From: Octopus sinensis
Lineage: Eukaryota
Assembly (NCBI RefSeq): GCF_006345805.1
Contig: NC_043003.1
Span: forward strand, 87,358,001 to 87,422,000
Reading direction: 5' to 3'
DNA length: 64,000 nt
Under the pieces are notes generated by a model that saw only the letters and a program-made list of their open reading frames with translations, did no database searches and was not told where the DNA came from. Both the position numbers and the translations under genes were made by a program. Position 1 is the stretch's first letter. Each line of letters begins with the position of its first letter. Positions 24,957 through 38,180 of the stretch are shown piece by piece.

Positions 24957-26464
24957 TACGACAGGCTTCTTTCAGTTTCCGTCTACCAAATCCACTGACA
25001 AGGCTTTGGTTGGCCCGAGGCTATAGTAGAAGACACTTGCCCAAAGTGCCATGCAGTGGGACTGAACCCGGAACCATGTGGTTGGTAAACAAGCTACTTA
25101 CCACACAGCCACACTCCATATAGATAGATATTCATATACATTTATATGAACAAATGGAGGAAAATTAAAAGTATTCACTAATTCACTTCATCCCATAGTT
25201 TATTTCTTAATTCAAAGTTGAAATTTCACTCCATCACTGCTCTCAGCTTCTCTGCTTTTATTATCTTCCTCTAAATGACTCTTAATAGACATGATGCAGG
25301 AATTTGTACTACTGACAGGCTGAATCAGCCTTTCAAAATAAATTACACAGCATTGTTAACTCTTTAGCATTTAGCCCAGCCATATCCAGCCCAAATTTTC
25401 TACCTGTTTTATGTTCAAACTTGCCAGATCCAACCTCTTACACCTACCCTACGATGTCATTATTAAAAATAAACAATCACATAGCATTGAAATCTCAATG
25501 TTATGAGATAATGCATGATTATTTCAAAACAATATGAATAAATAAGCATCACATTTGAAAGAGTAGTCTGAACGCTAAAGGGTTAAGGACCATAATTTTG
25601 GTTTTGGTGGGGTTGAATTATGGCATAGAACTTGCATTCATTTAATGTGGTTTGGGAAATTGATAGTTGCTGTGGATCCCTGTCATTTAAAGACAAAGGG
25701 AGTTCAGTTTTTTGATCAACTGAATTACCTGCTCTTGAATTAATCTGTAAACATCATCATCATTTAATGCCTGTTTTCCATGCTGTTTGGCAAGAATTGA
25801 TAAGGCCAGAAGTCACACCAGCTTCCATTGTCTGTTCTGGCATGGTTTCTATGGCTGGATGCCCTTCCTAACACCAACCACTTCACAGAGTGTACTGGAT
25901 GCATTTTATGTGGCACCAGCACCAGTGCTCTTTGTGTGACAGAAGTACCAGTATCAATTCTGCTGTGGGAAGACAAGTTTTCTTGAGATCAACCTTTAAT
26001 ATTTTGTCCCATGTCTCCCTCTTCCATAATTTCATCTTCTTGTAATCAGCACTTCTATATGCAACTGTCTACATCAGGGGTTTCTCAATCATTTTTTTTT
26101 TATCTATAACCCCTTTGATTGCTATTTTATTCTGGTGGACCTCCAGAGCTATTCAATATCTAAAAAATAGTTTTATAGAAAGTTCTTTCTAAATTCCCAT
26201 TTTGTTTTTCACATATTCTCTTGTGTAGGTTGAACCATGTAAAATGTGAGAGAAAAAAACTTAGCTGTTTCTTGAAATACATACCAATACATACATCTAA
26301 AGTGAAATTTTTTCAGGGGTCATTAAAATACTATTGTGGATTCCCTACTTATTATTTTGTGATGTGGACCCTAATTGAGAACAACTGGTCTACATCCATT
26401 CTACAGACGTGCATTTTTAACATAATTTTCTGGCAGAAGGCTGTACCATTTGAACTACGGATAC

Positions 26465-26930
26465 ACCATAAATCCTCGAGTATAGTCTGCCCTTGAGAAT
26501 AATACGCAGGGGATTTTTAGGGGGTTGTACATCTGAAAAACCTAAACCTTGTGTATAATACGCACCCCTTCTCTAACTTGAGTCGTGCATAATTAAGACT
26601 GTAGCACCTAGTCTAATAAACACTTCCATGCATGTGTAATACAATAATGGTGATGTTCTTAACTGTTATATGGGAATGTAAATATGTTTGTAAATTGTTT
26701 CTGTTACATGTTATTCTGTGTTCTGAATACTTTTATTTTAATAAATGTTGCTTACTGCAAGTTATAGATGATTCTTCATTGCTTTCAGGCTCATCACAAA
26801 ATGCATCTGAATTTATTGCCGGACAGTAAATAGAGACTTGGACATTGCTTAGAAAATAATTTTCATTTTTAACCTTTGACCTTTAAATTTTTGGGGAAAA
26901 AATGCAGATTATACTTGAAGATTTACAGTA
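26465..26930. mobile_element. Tigger/pogo-like non-autonomous DNA transposon
   Basis: Termini ccataaatcctcgagtata and tatacttgaagatttacagta are imperfect inverted repeats. Confidence 0.6.
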
Positions 26931-27583
26931 ATTCATCTGACAAGCTTCTATACAGTTTCCATCGATCCAAGCTCACCCATAAGGTATGGGTCAACTTGAG
27001 GCTATAGAACATGACATTTGCCAAAGACACCATGTAGTGGGATCAAATCTGAGATCTTGTGGTTGTGAAGCAAACTACTTAACCACTTGGCCATATTGCA
27101 TCTACAAACCTTGATAGTGTAAGACAATCAATACTTAAAGAATTGAGGACCAGTAATTGGTATAGAGGTCAGCTGTTAGACAAATTAACACTTTTGACAT
27201 AGATACCATTTTTTTTTTACACCTGTACTCAGCTAGGGTCAAGTGTAATTTGAAAATGTTTAATTTCTTCTTAAAATGTAAACTACAGATGATTATTACT
27301 AATGGTAATGGTGGTGGTGGTAGGTATCTGCTGTCAAATGATGAAGATTCAGTTGTTTAATCAACTGAAATACATGCTCCTGAATAACATATATATATAT
27401 GTATATACGACAGGCTTCTTTCAGTTTCCGTCTACCAAATCCACTCACAAGACTTTGGTCGGCCTGAGGCTATAGTAGAAGACACTTGCCCAAGATGCCA
27501 CGCAGTGGGACTGAACCTGGAACCATGTAGTTGGTAAGCAAGCTACTTACCACATAGCCACTCCTATATATATATATATATAT

Positions 27584-27629
<46 letters not shown>

Positions 27630-27632
<3 letters not shown>

Positions 27633-27996
27633 AAAGAAATTTGTTGTGCAAGGCTGGAATAATGCAAGCAGGAAAAGAAAACAAAACAAAGTTGCAGTTT
27701 TACCTTGTGTTTCAATATTTTGATGTTATGACCCCTTCTTCAGGATATTTGGGAAAAGCAGTGGTTGGAAAAATCATTGCTCAGGTGTGTAAGGAAAGAT
27801 GACATTTGCAGACTGGTGTTGCTCTGCACATCACCTTCCTCCTTCCACCCTATGTGAGAAAATGTTCTAGAAGAGGCTACAACCCCAAAATGTAGAAATA
27901 CAAGGTAAAACTGCAACTTTATTTTGTTTTTTCCTTTTCCAGTTTATTCTGTTTCTTCTTGCACTGTTCTGGCCTTACACAACAAATCTCTTTAAA
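27630..27996. mobile_element. Inverted-repeat element between two (TA)n tracts; degenerate hammerhead-like motif (C3-G8 core)
   Basis: Arms about 27630-27745 and 27865-27996 are reverse complements; the left arm read on minus gives CTGAAGA-AGGGG. Confidence 0.6.
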
Positions 27997-28016
27997 GAAT
28001 GCTTCACCAAAACTAC

Positions 28017-28055
<39 letters not shown>

Positions 28056-29309
28056 TATATAGGAGAAAGCTGCTTATTAATTAGGTATGTACTAAAAGAA
28101 AGCAATTATTAATGGTTTGACCATCTGGTAATATTTTTATAAATTCATGTTCTAAGGAATTTTCTATAATTTTGATTTCTCAAGTTTGAATTTTTTTTAT
28201 CTCCAATTTCTTGCAAATTTAAATATTCATTGCATTCACTGCATCCAATTCTTCACAAATTTAAATATTCATTACATTCATTGAGGAGTATTCCATTTTC
28301 ATTTGCAAAGTCTCTCACTTTCTCTTTTAATGCTTTTTATTTCAAGTTTTAATTCACTATTTGGAAAACTGACAATTTATTCTATTAATGTATACTTAAT
28401 ATAATAACATTATTTACTGTATGAAAATTTTTTTAAATACCTGTATAATTTTTGTAAATAAAATTTTAAAGTGATTTTGTTGTTATGGCTGTTTGGAATG
28501 CTATAAGCCTTACAATAACTATCTGGACCAATTTTAGCCATTTTCATGTTTAACTTAAAAACCACGGGGGAAGCCTTTTCAGTAAAAAACAACAAAAACA
28601 AGACAAATTGTTTGAAAGGTGAAAGGTGAGCAATTCAAGGGAGGTTTCGCTGTTGTTACTAGCACAACCCAAACCACCCTCCCTTTTCACTCTCAGATGT
28701 ATTGATGTTTTTTTAATATTTTACTCCCATTAAACACATTTTATGGAATGGTGATGCTGAAGTAACACACACGTGGTCCATTGGCTGAAGAAAAACAAAA
28801 AAATAAATTGTAATCTAAATTTTTACCTCCACCTGAATCATGTGAAGCCATGTGTGTGTACTTACTTTTTACTTGTTTCAGTCATTTGACTGTGGCCATG
28901 CTGGAGCACCGCCTTTAGTCAAACAAATTGCCCCTAGGACTTATTCTTTGTAAGCCTAGTATTTATTCTATTGGTTTCTTTTGCGAACCGCTAAGTGACG
29001 GGGACGTAAACACACCAGCATCAGTTGTCAAGCGATGTTGGGGGACAAACATATACACATACATACATGCATGCATATAAACAACGGGCTTCTTTCAGTT
29101 TCCGTCTACCAAATCCACTCACAAGGCTTTGGTCGGCCCGAGGCTATAGTAGAAGACACTTGCCCAAGGTGCCACGCAGTGGGACTGAACCCGGAACCAT
29201 GTGGTTGGTAAGCAAGCTACTTACCACACAGCCATTTCTGCGCCTGTGTGTGTGTGTGTAAGAAAAAACATTTTCTAATCAAAAAGCATGCTATTAAAAT
29301 GAATTATTT

Positions 29310-29583
29310 TGTTGTGTTAGGGGAGAGTCATTTTCTTTTTGAGCCTTATTATGTGACACACTCACTGGTAAAATTTCCACTTTTTTCTTATTTCTATTGT
29401 CCTAAAATTTTCGTTGCGTCTTGCAACCTTTTCAATAGTTTTCAAGAGTCAAAACTATTGAAAAGGTTGCAAGACGCAACGAAAATTTTAGGACAATAAA
29501 AATAAGAAAAAAGTGGAAATTTTACCGGTGAGTGTGTCACATAATAAGGCTCAAAAAGAAAATGACTGTCCCCTGACACAACA
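29310..29583. mobile_element. 274-bp near-perfect palindrome; two identical hammerhead-like folds (U3-A8 core)
   Basis: 8-nt loop at 29443-29450. The ORF track shows the same peptide on both strands (29248+ and 29442-), confirming the symmetry. Confidence 0.8.
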
Positions 29584-29685
29584 GAATATGCTTCAACACA
29601 TGAACTCATATAAAGAATCTTGCAAACCAAATCCAAAAACAAAATAAAATGAATTATCTTTTACATAACTCTTTTTAAAATCAAC

Positions 29686-30030
29686 AACAATTGCAGTGTG
29701 GAAGATGTTTGCAAGCCATTCAAGAACACACAACAGTTAGTTTCACTTCACCATTTAAATTTCATCTGGGTCGAACAATTTTCATCACTTTGAAACTGTG
29801 ACCTGTCCACTGACAAAACTTCACAAAAATGATGCAGCACAAAGTTTTGTCAGTGAACAGGTTGTGGTTTGAAAGTGACAAAAATATTTTGACACAAATG
29901 AAATTTAAATGTTGAAGTGAAACTGTTTTTGTGTGTTCTTGAATGGCTTACAAACACCTTCCATGTTGCAATTGTTTTTGTTTTAGCACACAATCTCAGA
30001 TCAAATCACTTGCTATGCAAGTATATCTCC
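29686..30030. mobile_element. Diverged second copy of the 5470 palindrome family
   Basis: Colinear arms and the same tail (...atctcagatcaa.tcact.gctatgcaagta.atctcc). Confidence 0.75.
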
Positions 30031-30243
30031 ATAATTTTTTTAAATCACTGTGGATAAATGCCAGCAATGGCCTTCTCAGGCTCTGCAATATTTTAATTTC
30101 TAAACAAAAACAATTGGGGTTTTTATTTATATGATATTTCATTTCATGTTTATTTCATTCATTGTTTACAATGTCCTCTCTCTCTCTCTCCAGGTTTGAT
30201 TTCGTTATTACACTAACATCACATTAGAATTTTGCAATTCAAC

Positions 30244-30851
30244 ATGAGGTATCCAAAAACATATGTGGCTAAAAAAGAACATTTAACAGCAAAGGCACAA
30301 TGGCAGAGAGAAAGATGGGCAACTGAATCAGATAAATCCAGGCAAAGCGACTGAAACAAAAGTCTGAATATGCATGTAGATGTAGAGATGTTTCTGTTTC
30401 TGCAATTCATGACCAACTGGTTAGGGCATCTCGAGAGGAGAATATTCTACCTCAAAATAAGACGCTGAGTCAGCTTTTACCATCTATGACAGTTCAGCCC
30501 CCCTATTGATAATCAGTATCAAATGAGAAACCTTCCAAACTTCAGTGAGATACAAATAGAAACACCAGTGCCAACAAACAGGGTGCTGAGAGATGAAACT
30601 GAATATTTACAGCAGGAGTTCAGATGAAAAAATTTTCCAACTAGGAAGAATTCTGTTAAAAGATTAGCAAAGAAAATTTCAATAATTTTCAAGAACAGTC
30701 TGTCCTGTCTATTGTACAGCCACACAATACAAGAAGTCTCTTTGACAATGTTTGTTTATACTGCAAAGCTTACAGATGGGCTGCTGAATTGAAACCTGTA
30801 TTTTGCTTTCAGGGAAAGGTAAAACTTGATGAACTGCTCCTTCCTCCATAG
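30244..30851 (+). mobile_element. Degraded Helitron Rep/helicase N-terminal fragment
   Basis: Charged N-terminus (..KAQWQRERWATESDKSRQSD*). At 30744-30851, DNVCLYCKAYRWAAELKPVFCFQGKVKLDELLLPP* fits the Helitron C-x2-C-x-A...CC-x2-GKV-x-L...PP zinc-finger pattern. Confidence 0.65.
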
Positions 30852-32436
30852 TTGGACTACCTTGATGTTTGTTTAAAAAAGAGAGATTATGACTGTGATA
30901 AAATAATGAAAGCAATATTTACTAAGTGTGCACTATTAAACAAAGAAATAATTAGATATAAAATATAAAAATATTAGAATTGGGAATCAAATTTTAAAAT
31001 ATCAAGTGGCTAGCAGAAAACTGTCCAGAAGGCAGTCTTTCTGCTAGTATATATAATGTTCTTTACTCTCAAGCTGACTTGTTTTTTTTAAATATGTTTT
31101 TTATAGCAAAGACAGAGAAAAAGTCAATACCTATGAACCATTTTTGAGAATCTTCGAGGTGAGGGAAAAGAGAAGAATTTAACCTTAAATGAAAATTCTG
31201 ATTGGAACACTTGCAACTTTAGTTCACTCCATGGAAGATAACCAAAAGGTAGGTGATAATGTTAAACTAGGAAACATTGTCTACCAACTAAATATCAATA
31301 TTATCAACATATATAATTATTGTCGCGTTGCTTTACTGCATGATCGTTACCGCATCGCCTTACTAGCACTTGTGCTGGTGGCATGTGAAATATTCAAGCG
31401 AGGTCGTCGCCAGTGCCGCTGGACTGGCTCCTGTGTAGGTGGCACATAAAAAGCACCATTTGGGTGTGGCCGTTGCCAGTTCCACCGTACTGGCCCTTGT
31501 GCCGGTGGCACGTAAAAGCACCCATTACACTCTCAGAGTGGTTGGCGTTAGGAAAGGCATCCAGCTGTAGAAACTCTGCCAGATCAGATTGGAGTTTGGT
31601 TCACCAGACCTCAGTCAAATCGTCCAACCCATGCTAGCATGGAAAGCGGACGTTAAATGATGATGATGATGTTATAAGTGAAACTTGTAATATAAAACAA
31701 TTTTTATTTCTTTTAGCATTCTGATTACTCTGTTCAGTGTAATGCTTATTTATTTTTATTGTTCTGCATTAATCATAAACTATCTCACAGCTTTGAGATT
31801 TTATTGATGTAACTGTTTCATGCTGTACATAACAGTTTCTCTCTCTTTCTCTCCAGAAGAAACCAGTTGCATTCAGACCTGAAGAGGAATGGGTTCCACT
31901 AGGTCTCACCTTTTAACATTCGGATTTCTCTAATGCATATATATTCCCAATGTTTTGGATTAATTATGCATTATCTTGTAGCTTTGAGATTCTGATGATA
32001 ATGTGATTGTTTATTTTTAGAATGACAATGTAGGGTAGGTATGAGAGGCTGGATCTGGCTGGTTTGAACATAAAATAGGCAAAATATTTTGACAGGATGT
32101 AACCAGTTTAAAGGGTTAAGATATAGTGATCTCAATTCTAATTAAATTCAACCATTGCAACATATGTTGGTATATCATAACCATAAAAAAATAAATCAGT
32201 TTGGCAATATAATTCTGCATTAAGGGAAGGTCTTGGTTTCATTGAATGCCTGAATCAAGCCAACAGTGTTGGAATATCAACCAGAGCAAATGGATCAACT
32301 CATCACCTGCATTGTACTGTATCAATAGTAAAAACACTTTTAATACCATTTTCATAATCCTAAAAAGAGATATCAATGGTTTTGTTTTGGATTGGCTTCA
32401 GAACCTGTTGTCAAATAAGGGCAGTTTGAATAGGTC

Positions 32437-32852
32437 ATGTGTTTGAAGGAATTTCAAGGAGTTGTTGCACTTTGGACTTATCCCTGATGGTCGTGTGAAT
32501 GCTAACCTTTATGCTCAAGAACTGCAGTGAGAATATAATGCTTTGAAAGCCCACTACCAGGCAGTGGTCAATTGAAGACACATTCTCCTACAACATGACA
32601 ATGCCCCAGCATAAATTTAAAGGGCTGGATGTGCTGTCACACTCCGCCTACAGTCCAAACCTTGCACAATCTGATTACCACCTTTTCTGAGTCATGGCTC
32701 ATTTCCAGCACAGATGGAGGTTCAACAATCTGGATGAGATTGAAAACAGTTTTTTTTACCTCTAAACTAGCCAAGTGGTATAAGCATGAAATTGAGCTTC
32801 TAACACAATGATGGCAACAATGGAATATGATGGGATATATTTTGATGAATAA
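32437..32852 (+). mobile_element. Degraded mariner (DD34D-type) transposase C-terminus
   Basis: Across frameshifts: ..HFGLIPDG..NANLYAQ.L....ILLQHDNAPA...LPHSAYSPNLAQSDYHLF...MEYDGIYFDE*. Confidence 0.8.
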
Positions 32853-33732
32853 AAGCTTTTCATGGCACGTAAAAAGCACCATCTGAACGTGGCCCATGCC
32901 AGCGCCGCCTTGACTGGCTTCCATGCCAGTGGCACATCGAAAGCACCATCCGAATCGTGGCTGATGCTAGCGCCGCCTTGACTGGCTTCCGTGCCGGTGG
33001 CACGTAAAATGCACCAATCCGATCATGGCCGGTAAAATAAAAGTATAAATTTATAATACCTTATGAATGAGGGAACAGTACGTATTCTGAAGTGTACACC
33101 ACTATATATTTCCACAGCAAATGATATATAATCTATTTCTTACCCATGAAACTGGAGCCTTTTTTTTTCCCCTTATAAAAATATTCTTGATGCCATGTAA
33201 AATGCACCTATGCTGGCACCGTGTAAAGAAGACATCCAGCACACTCTGTAAAATGGTTGGCATTAGGAAAGACATAAAACCGTAGAAGCTGTGCCAAAAT
33301 GGACAACTGGAGCTTGGTACAACTCTCTGGCTTGCTAGCTCTTTTCAAACTGCCCAACCTATGCCAGCATGGAAAACAGACAGTAAATGATGACGAGGCT
33401 GTTAATTAGCTTTTCATGTTTTATTTATTTACTTATTTATGTTTCCCCATGCTGTAACGTGCAAGGTGGTTCTTCCTTCTCACCTTTTTTTTTTTTGCAC
33501 ATTATTAGATCAAAATGTTTTCACAGCTGTTGGTGCTTACTATTGCTAACATAAACGAAGAAGTAAAATCTGTTCTGTTAAGGAAACCGAAACAAGCAGA
33601 GCTATGTAGCTTCCATAAAGGTATAAAGCAAAGAATAAAACAGTAAACATGACTAAGATGCCAGTGCATGTATGAGAAATAAATGAAATAAGGATTTAAC
33701 CACCTACATATCTGAGAGGGTTATTAATAAAA

Positions 33733-34435
33733 TTTTTTTTTTTTTTTTTGCACCCTTTTCAAGCCTAGCCAGGCTCATGGCCCGGTTTACCGGTTTCTGT
33801 AGCGTATGTGTTCCCTGTTGCTGTTAAGCGAACGGTCTTCGTCCCAGAGCTCACCAGATGGGAGAAGTCCAAAACATGGTTCTTTGCTAGTCGTAAGACC
33901 CGCAGAAGAGAAAGCAGGTCAACCCCCGACACCGAGAGCATCGACAGATGGATGAATGCGTATCCAGGCTCAGCGGTTGCGTAGTAAGTCGGGAACAAGA
34001 AACAGGAAAAAAGAGTAAGAGAAAATTGGGGTGAAAGAGTACAACAGGGGTCACCATCACCCCCTGCCGGAGGATCGTGGAGCTTTAGGTGTTTTCGCTC
34101 AATAAACACACACAACACCCGGTCTGGGTATCTAAACTGCGATCCTCCGCCCGCGAGTCCACTGCCCTAACCACTGGGCCATTGCGCCTCCACTATGTGT
34201 TCCCCCCAGCTGGATGGGATGCCAGTCCATCGCAGCACTACCCAAGAAACAAGAAGAAAGAGTGAAAGTTGGGACGACAGAGCACAACAGTGGTTGCCAC
34301 CACCCCCTGCCGGAGCCTCATGGAGCTTTAGGTGTTTGCACTCAATAAACACACACAACGCCCGGTCTGGGAATCAAAACCGCAATCCTCCGACTGCGAG
34401 TCCGCTGCCCTAACCACTGGGCCATTGCCCCTCCA
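33733..34435 (-). mobile_element. Dimeric tRNA-head SINE with poly(A) and one 14-bp TSD
   Basis: Two heads (5' ends near 34434 and 34193), poly(A) at 33733-33749, TSD TTATTAATAAAATT / TTATTAATGAAATT. Confidence 0.8.
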
Positions 34436-34612
34436 TTATTAATGAAATTACATTTTTTAAACAATTAAACTCATCTTTACAATGTCATATATAAATGCTG
34501 AATATCTTTCCTTTCTAAAGACAAAGTTAATAATCTAAAAGATTATAAATGTTTACAATTACACTGTGTATTTTCCTCTCCTGCATTTCATAAACTTTAA
34601 AAAAAAAAAAAA

Positions 34613-35036
34613 ATAATAATGAAATTATTGTATACAGTGCTCAGGTGCACCACAACTTGTCAGAAAGTGCATATAAAGTACATGCAGTAATGTAGAAATG
34701 TCTGGAAAGTGAACATGCTTGTGTGTGTATGGGGGGGGAGAAAATCAAGTGTAGTGTTGGCGAATCTCAGGAAGCATGGAAGTCTTGAAGGATGCAGTGC
34801 TCCGACAACTAACAACCGATGCTGGCAGTTTGTTCCACGCTTCAGCAACTCTCAGCGTGAAAAAATGTTTCCTGAAGTCATGGGAGCTGTGCTGTTTTCT
34901 TACTTTGTAAATATGTCCACGGGTGTTAGATGGGTGGAGTTTAAAGAGGTGCTCAGTGTTATTGTTTGTGCGATGGTTGATAATTTTATGGGTGTCTGCC
35001 AGGTCAGCTGCCAGACGTCGGAGTTTCAATGTGTCC
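34613..35036 (-). mobile_element. CR1-clade LINE 3' end
   Basis: Near-identical to 21475-21957, reverse orientation. Confidence 0.9.
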
Positions 35037-35039
35037 GCG

Positions 35040-36524
35040 TTTTAAAAACTTCAAGACAGTAGCACAAAGGGAGATAACTATATATGATTCAAATATTCCC
35101 CCCACACTTGTTGCATTATAAATTCTGAAGATGAAGGATGAAGACATCAAGAATCCCAGCAGAATTTGAACACAGAACAAAGAATACTTCAATGAATTTA
35201 GTGTGATACTTAACTATTTCCGCTAATTCAATAGTAGAGCATCAACACTTATTTTGTGTTAATAACTGTATAGAAATACCAGCACTTCTGTAAATATTCT
35301 TAGTCTTCTAACATATCTTCAAGTTTCAATTTAATTTAGCAGATCATTTTTCAACAGAATATAAATCTCATTGATTTCTCAAAGTTTATAAATTCTTATG
35401 GCATCAACAACACACAATTCTCACTGGTTTCTAAAATGGATAAAGAATTTCAAAGATTCCTGTAGGATTCCTGTTACATTTACAGGTGGTATGGGCTTGT
35501 AATTCACAGGTAACTTTTGACGTTTTCAATCCAATATTTTCATGCTATATTTATAGCTTCATATGCTTTGAGATCTGCCGTTCCAGAAAAAAGAATTATA
35601 AACCTCACAGTTCTTGTATCATTTCATAGATCCTAAAACAATTAGAATTTTCCTTGCAATTTTCCAAGATTGCTGTATTTGATATTAAGAGGACAAAAAT
35701 AAAAGAAAAATAAATTATTAAAAAAAACTAATAATCTTTAAAAATTTGATTTTATTTTTCTTCTCGTCTTAATTGGAAACTAAAAACTGAAGTAAAAGAT
35801 TACAAAAAAAAAGTAATAATAATCATTACATTTTAAATGAATATCATAAACTTTCTTAGAAAAAAATAAATAAAAAATTCCACCCTCAAAAGAAAAAAAA
35901 TCTAAATCATGTAATTAACAGCCAAATTTTTACATGGATTTTTAAATTTTTTCTTCGTTTATTTTTGTTGCATAGCTCATCTAAAGTCTTTGCATTTAAC
36001 GTGATTTGTTAAAGATATTGGCTTTTAATCATTTTGACAATGTTGACCATACAAAAAGAAGAATAAGAAAAAAGAAAAAAAAACAAGCCACAAAATCAAC
36101 ATAACGGTGGAAATATATTTTTTCAATAACAATTAGTTAACTAATTATTTACTTAATTAAAAGGACAGTTGGATGACAGTGGTCTATTCTGTTTCTTAAT
36201 AACAAGTCTTTTGTCTATCTCAATAAAACCTCTGATTAACTTCTTTGTCTTTTTTTTTTCTTTGTTGTTGTTGTAGTAACATCAGGCATACCCGAGGATT
36301 CATTCAATGATTAAAATCAGAATAAAAGAATCCACACCACGCCACACCACCAAGCCCTGCTCAAAGGCACCATGGAATTAAAAAAGAATTAGAACTAAAA
36401 AGCAGTATCAAAATACTATTTTATATATGTATATATATATATACATAATATATATATATATATAATATACATATATATATATACATACATATATATATAT
36501 ATACATATACATATATATACATAC

Positions 36525-36590
<66 letters not shown>

Positions 36591-36889
36591 AATGTCTTCT
36601 CACACACATATTTTACTGTGTGAGATGCAGCAGGTATCAATATTCATGAATTAAGATTTTTATTTTTATTTTCTTTTATTACCTTTTTTTTTTTTTGCAA
36701 GTTCATTACACATGATGATGTAGCGAACTTCATTCGAAGTTATCTAAGTAAATAAATCATTCCTTTCTTTTATTCTTCTTTTTCTCGTTGGTGGCAATTT
36801 TGGTTATTTTGGAATGCCAGCTTCCATAAGATAAATGCTTCAACCAATGCACACACACATACATATATATATACATGCATATATATACA

Positions 36890-36929
<40 letters not shown>

Positions 36930-37128
36930 CATGCATACACATATATATAAATACTTATATACATATACATACACATATATATAAATACTTATATACATAT
37001 ACATACAAGTATATATATATACACACATATATATATATAAACATACACACATATATACATACATATATATATAAACACAAACACACAAATATACATACAC
37101 TCACACATACAAATATATATGCATATAC

Positions 37129-37163
<35 letters not shown>

Positions 37164-37184
37164 CATATATATGTATATATATAT

Positions 37185-37265
<81 letters not shown>

Positions 37266-37758
37266 ATATAATATATATATATAGACACACATTTATACAT
37301 ACATATGCATACACACACATTCACACAAAACATAAATACATAAATGCAATTGCCCCATGATAGACTGGTACTCACTTTTACTTAATATGTTTTAAGTAGA
37401 AAAATGAATATAAAATGTGAAGCTATAACAACTAACACGAGGCAATTGTTTTAGTCTAAAACACAGATCTCAGGTCAACGCATTTGCCAAGCAAGTGCAA
37501 CTGAAGAATACACACACACATACATACACACACAATGTATTTATATATAAGAACATTGTACGTGCATAAGCATCCATAACCTTGCACACACACACACATA
37601 CACACACACACATATATGCTTATATACCAACACATGTAAAAAGTTTATGATGTTTCATAATAGATGCCAAATCAATTAGATTAGTAGTTGAACAAAGAAT
37701 AACAAAGTAGTTTTACAGTTTCTTCTTTCCTCTTCATCTGTAAACTATGCAAAGCATT
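35040..37758 (-). other. Possible long 3'UTR of the MAP2K gene
   Basis: Directly follows the stop; U-rich on the minus strand and free of SINEs apart from microsatellites. End point not determinable. Confidence 0.3.
36420..37340. repeat. Long compound (TA)/(CA) microsatellites (36420-36586 and 36850-37340)
   Basis: Direct inspection; source of the YIYI-type ORFs in the track. Confidence 0.95.
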
Positions 37759-37900
37759 TTAGCCTTCCCAGCCAGTGTATTTGTCCAAGACAGATGAAAT
37801 GTACTTTGCCATGTCAACATCTAAAGTATCTGCTCGTACAATAAAAGGGTGCTCCAACAGTGTGCCATAATAAGGTCGCTCTTTGTATTCCTTTTGAAGA
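37759..37900 (-). CDS. MAP2K6: MKK3/6 last coding exon: (C)LQKEYKERPYYGTLLEHPFIVRADTLDVDMAKYISSVLDKYTGWEG*
   Basis: 142 nt after a tttcag acceptor. The first T completes TG|T (Cys) from the previous exon. Contains subdomain XI (ERP..HPF) and TAA at 37759-37761. The six exons total 771 nt = 256 aa plus stop. Confidence 0.93.
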
Positions 37901-38180
37901 CTGAAATAGAGAAAGGAGAATGAGATAAATACATTGGATTAATCTCGTTTTATGTGACATCTGACTCCCTCTCTCTCTTTCGGAGAGGCACTGAGCAGCT
38001 ATACGCAAACATACACACACGGCAGTAACTTCCACCTACCGAATTCAATCACAAAGCTTCGGTCAACTCGGGGCTATAGCGGAAGACACCTGCCCAAAGT
38101 GCCACACAGTGGGACTGAACCCGAAACCATGTAGCTAGGAAGCAAGCTCCCTAACCACACAGCCATAATTGTGACGTTAA

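Noticed and set aside
36416-37375. Tyr/Ile/His-rich ORFs here and at other (TA)n and (TG)n tracts
   Set aside because: Translations of dinucleotide microsatellites.
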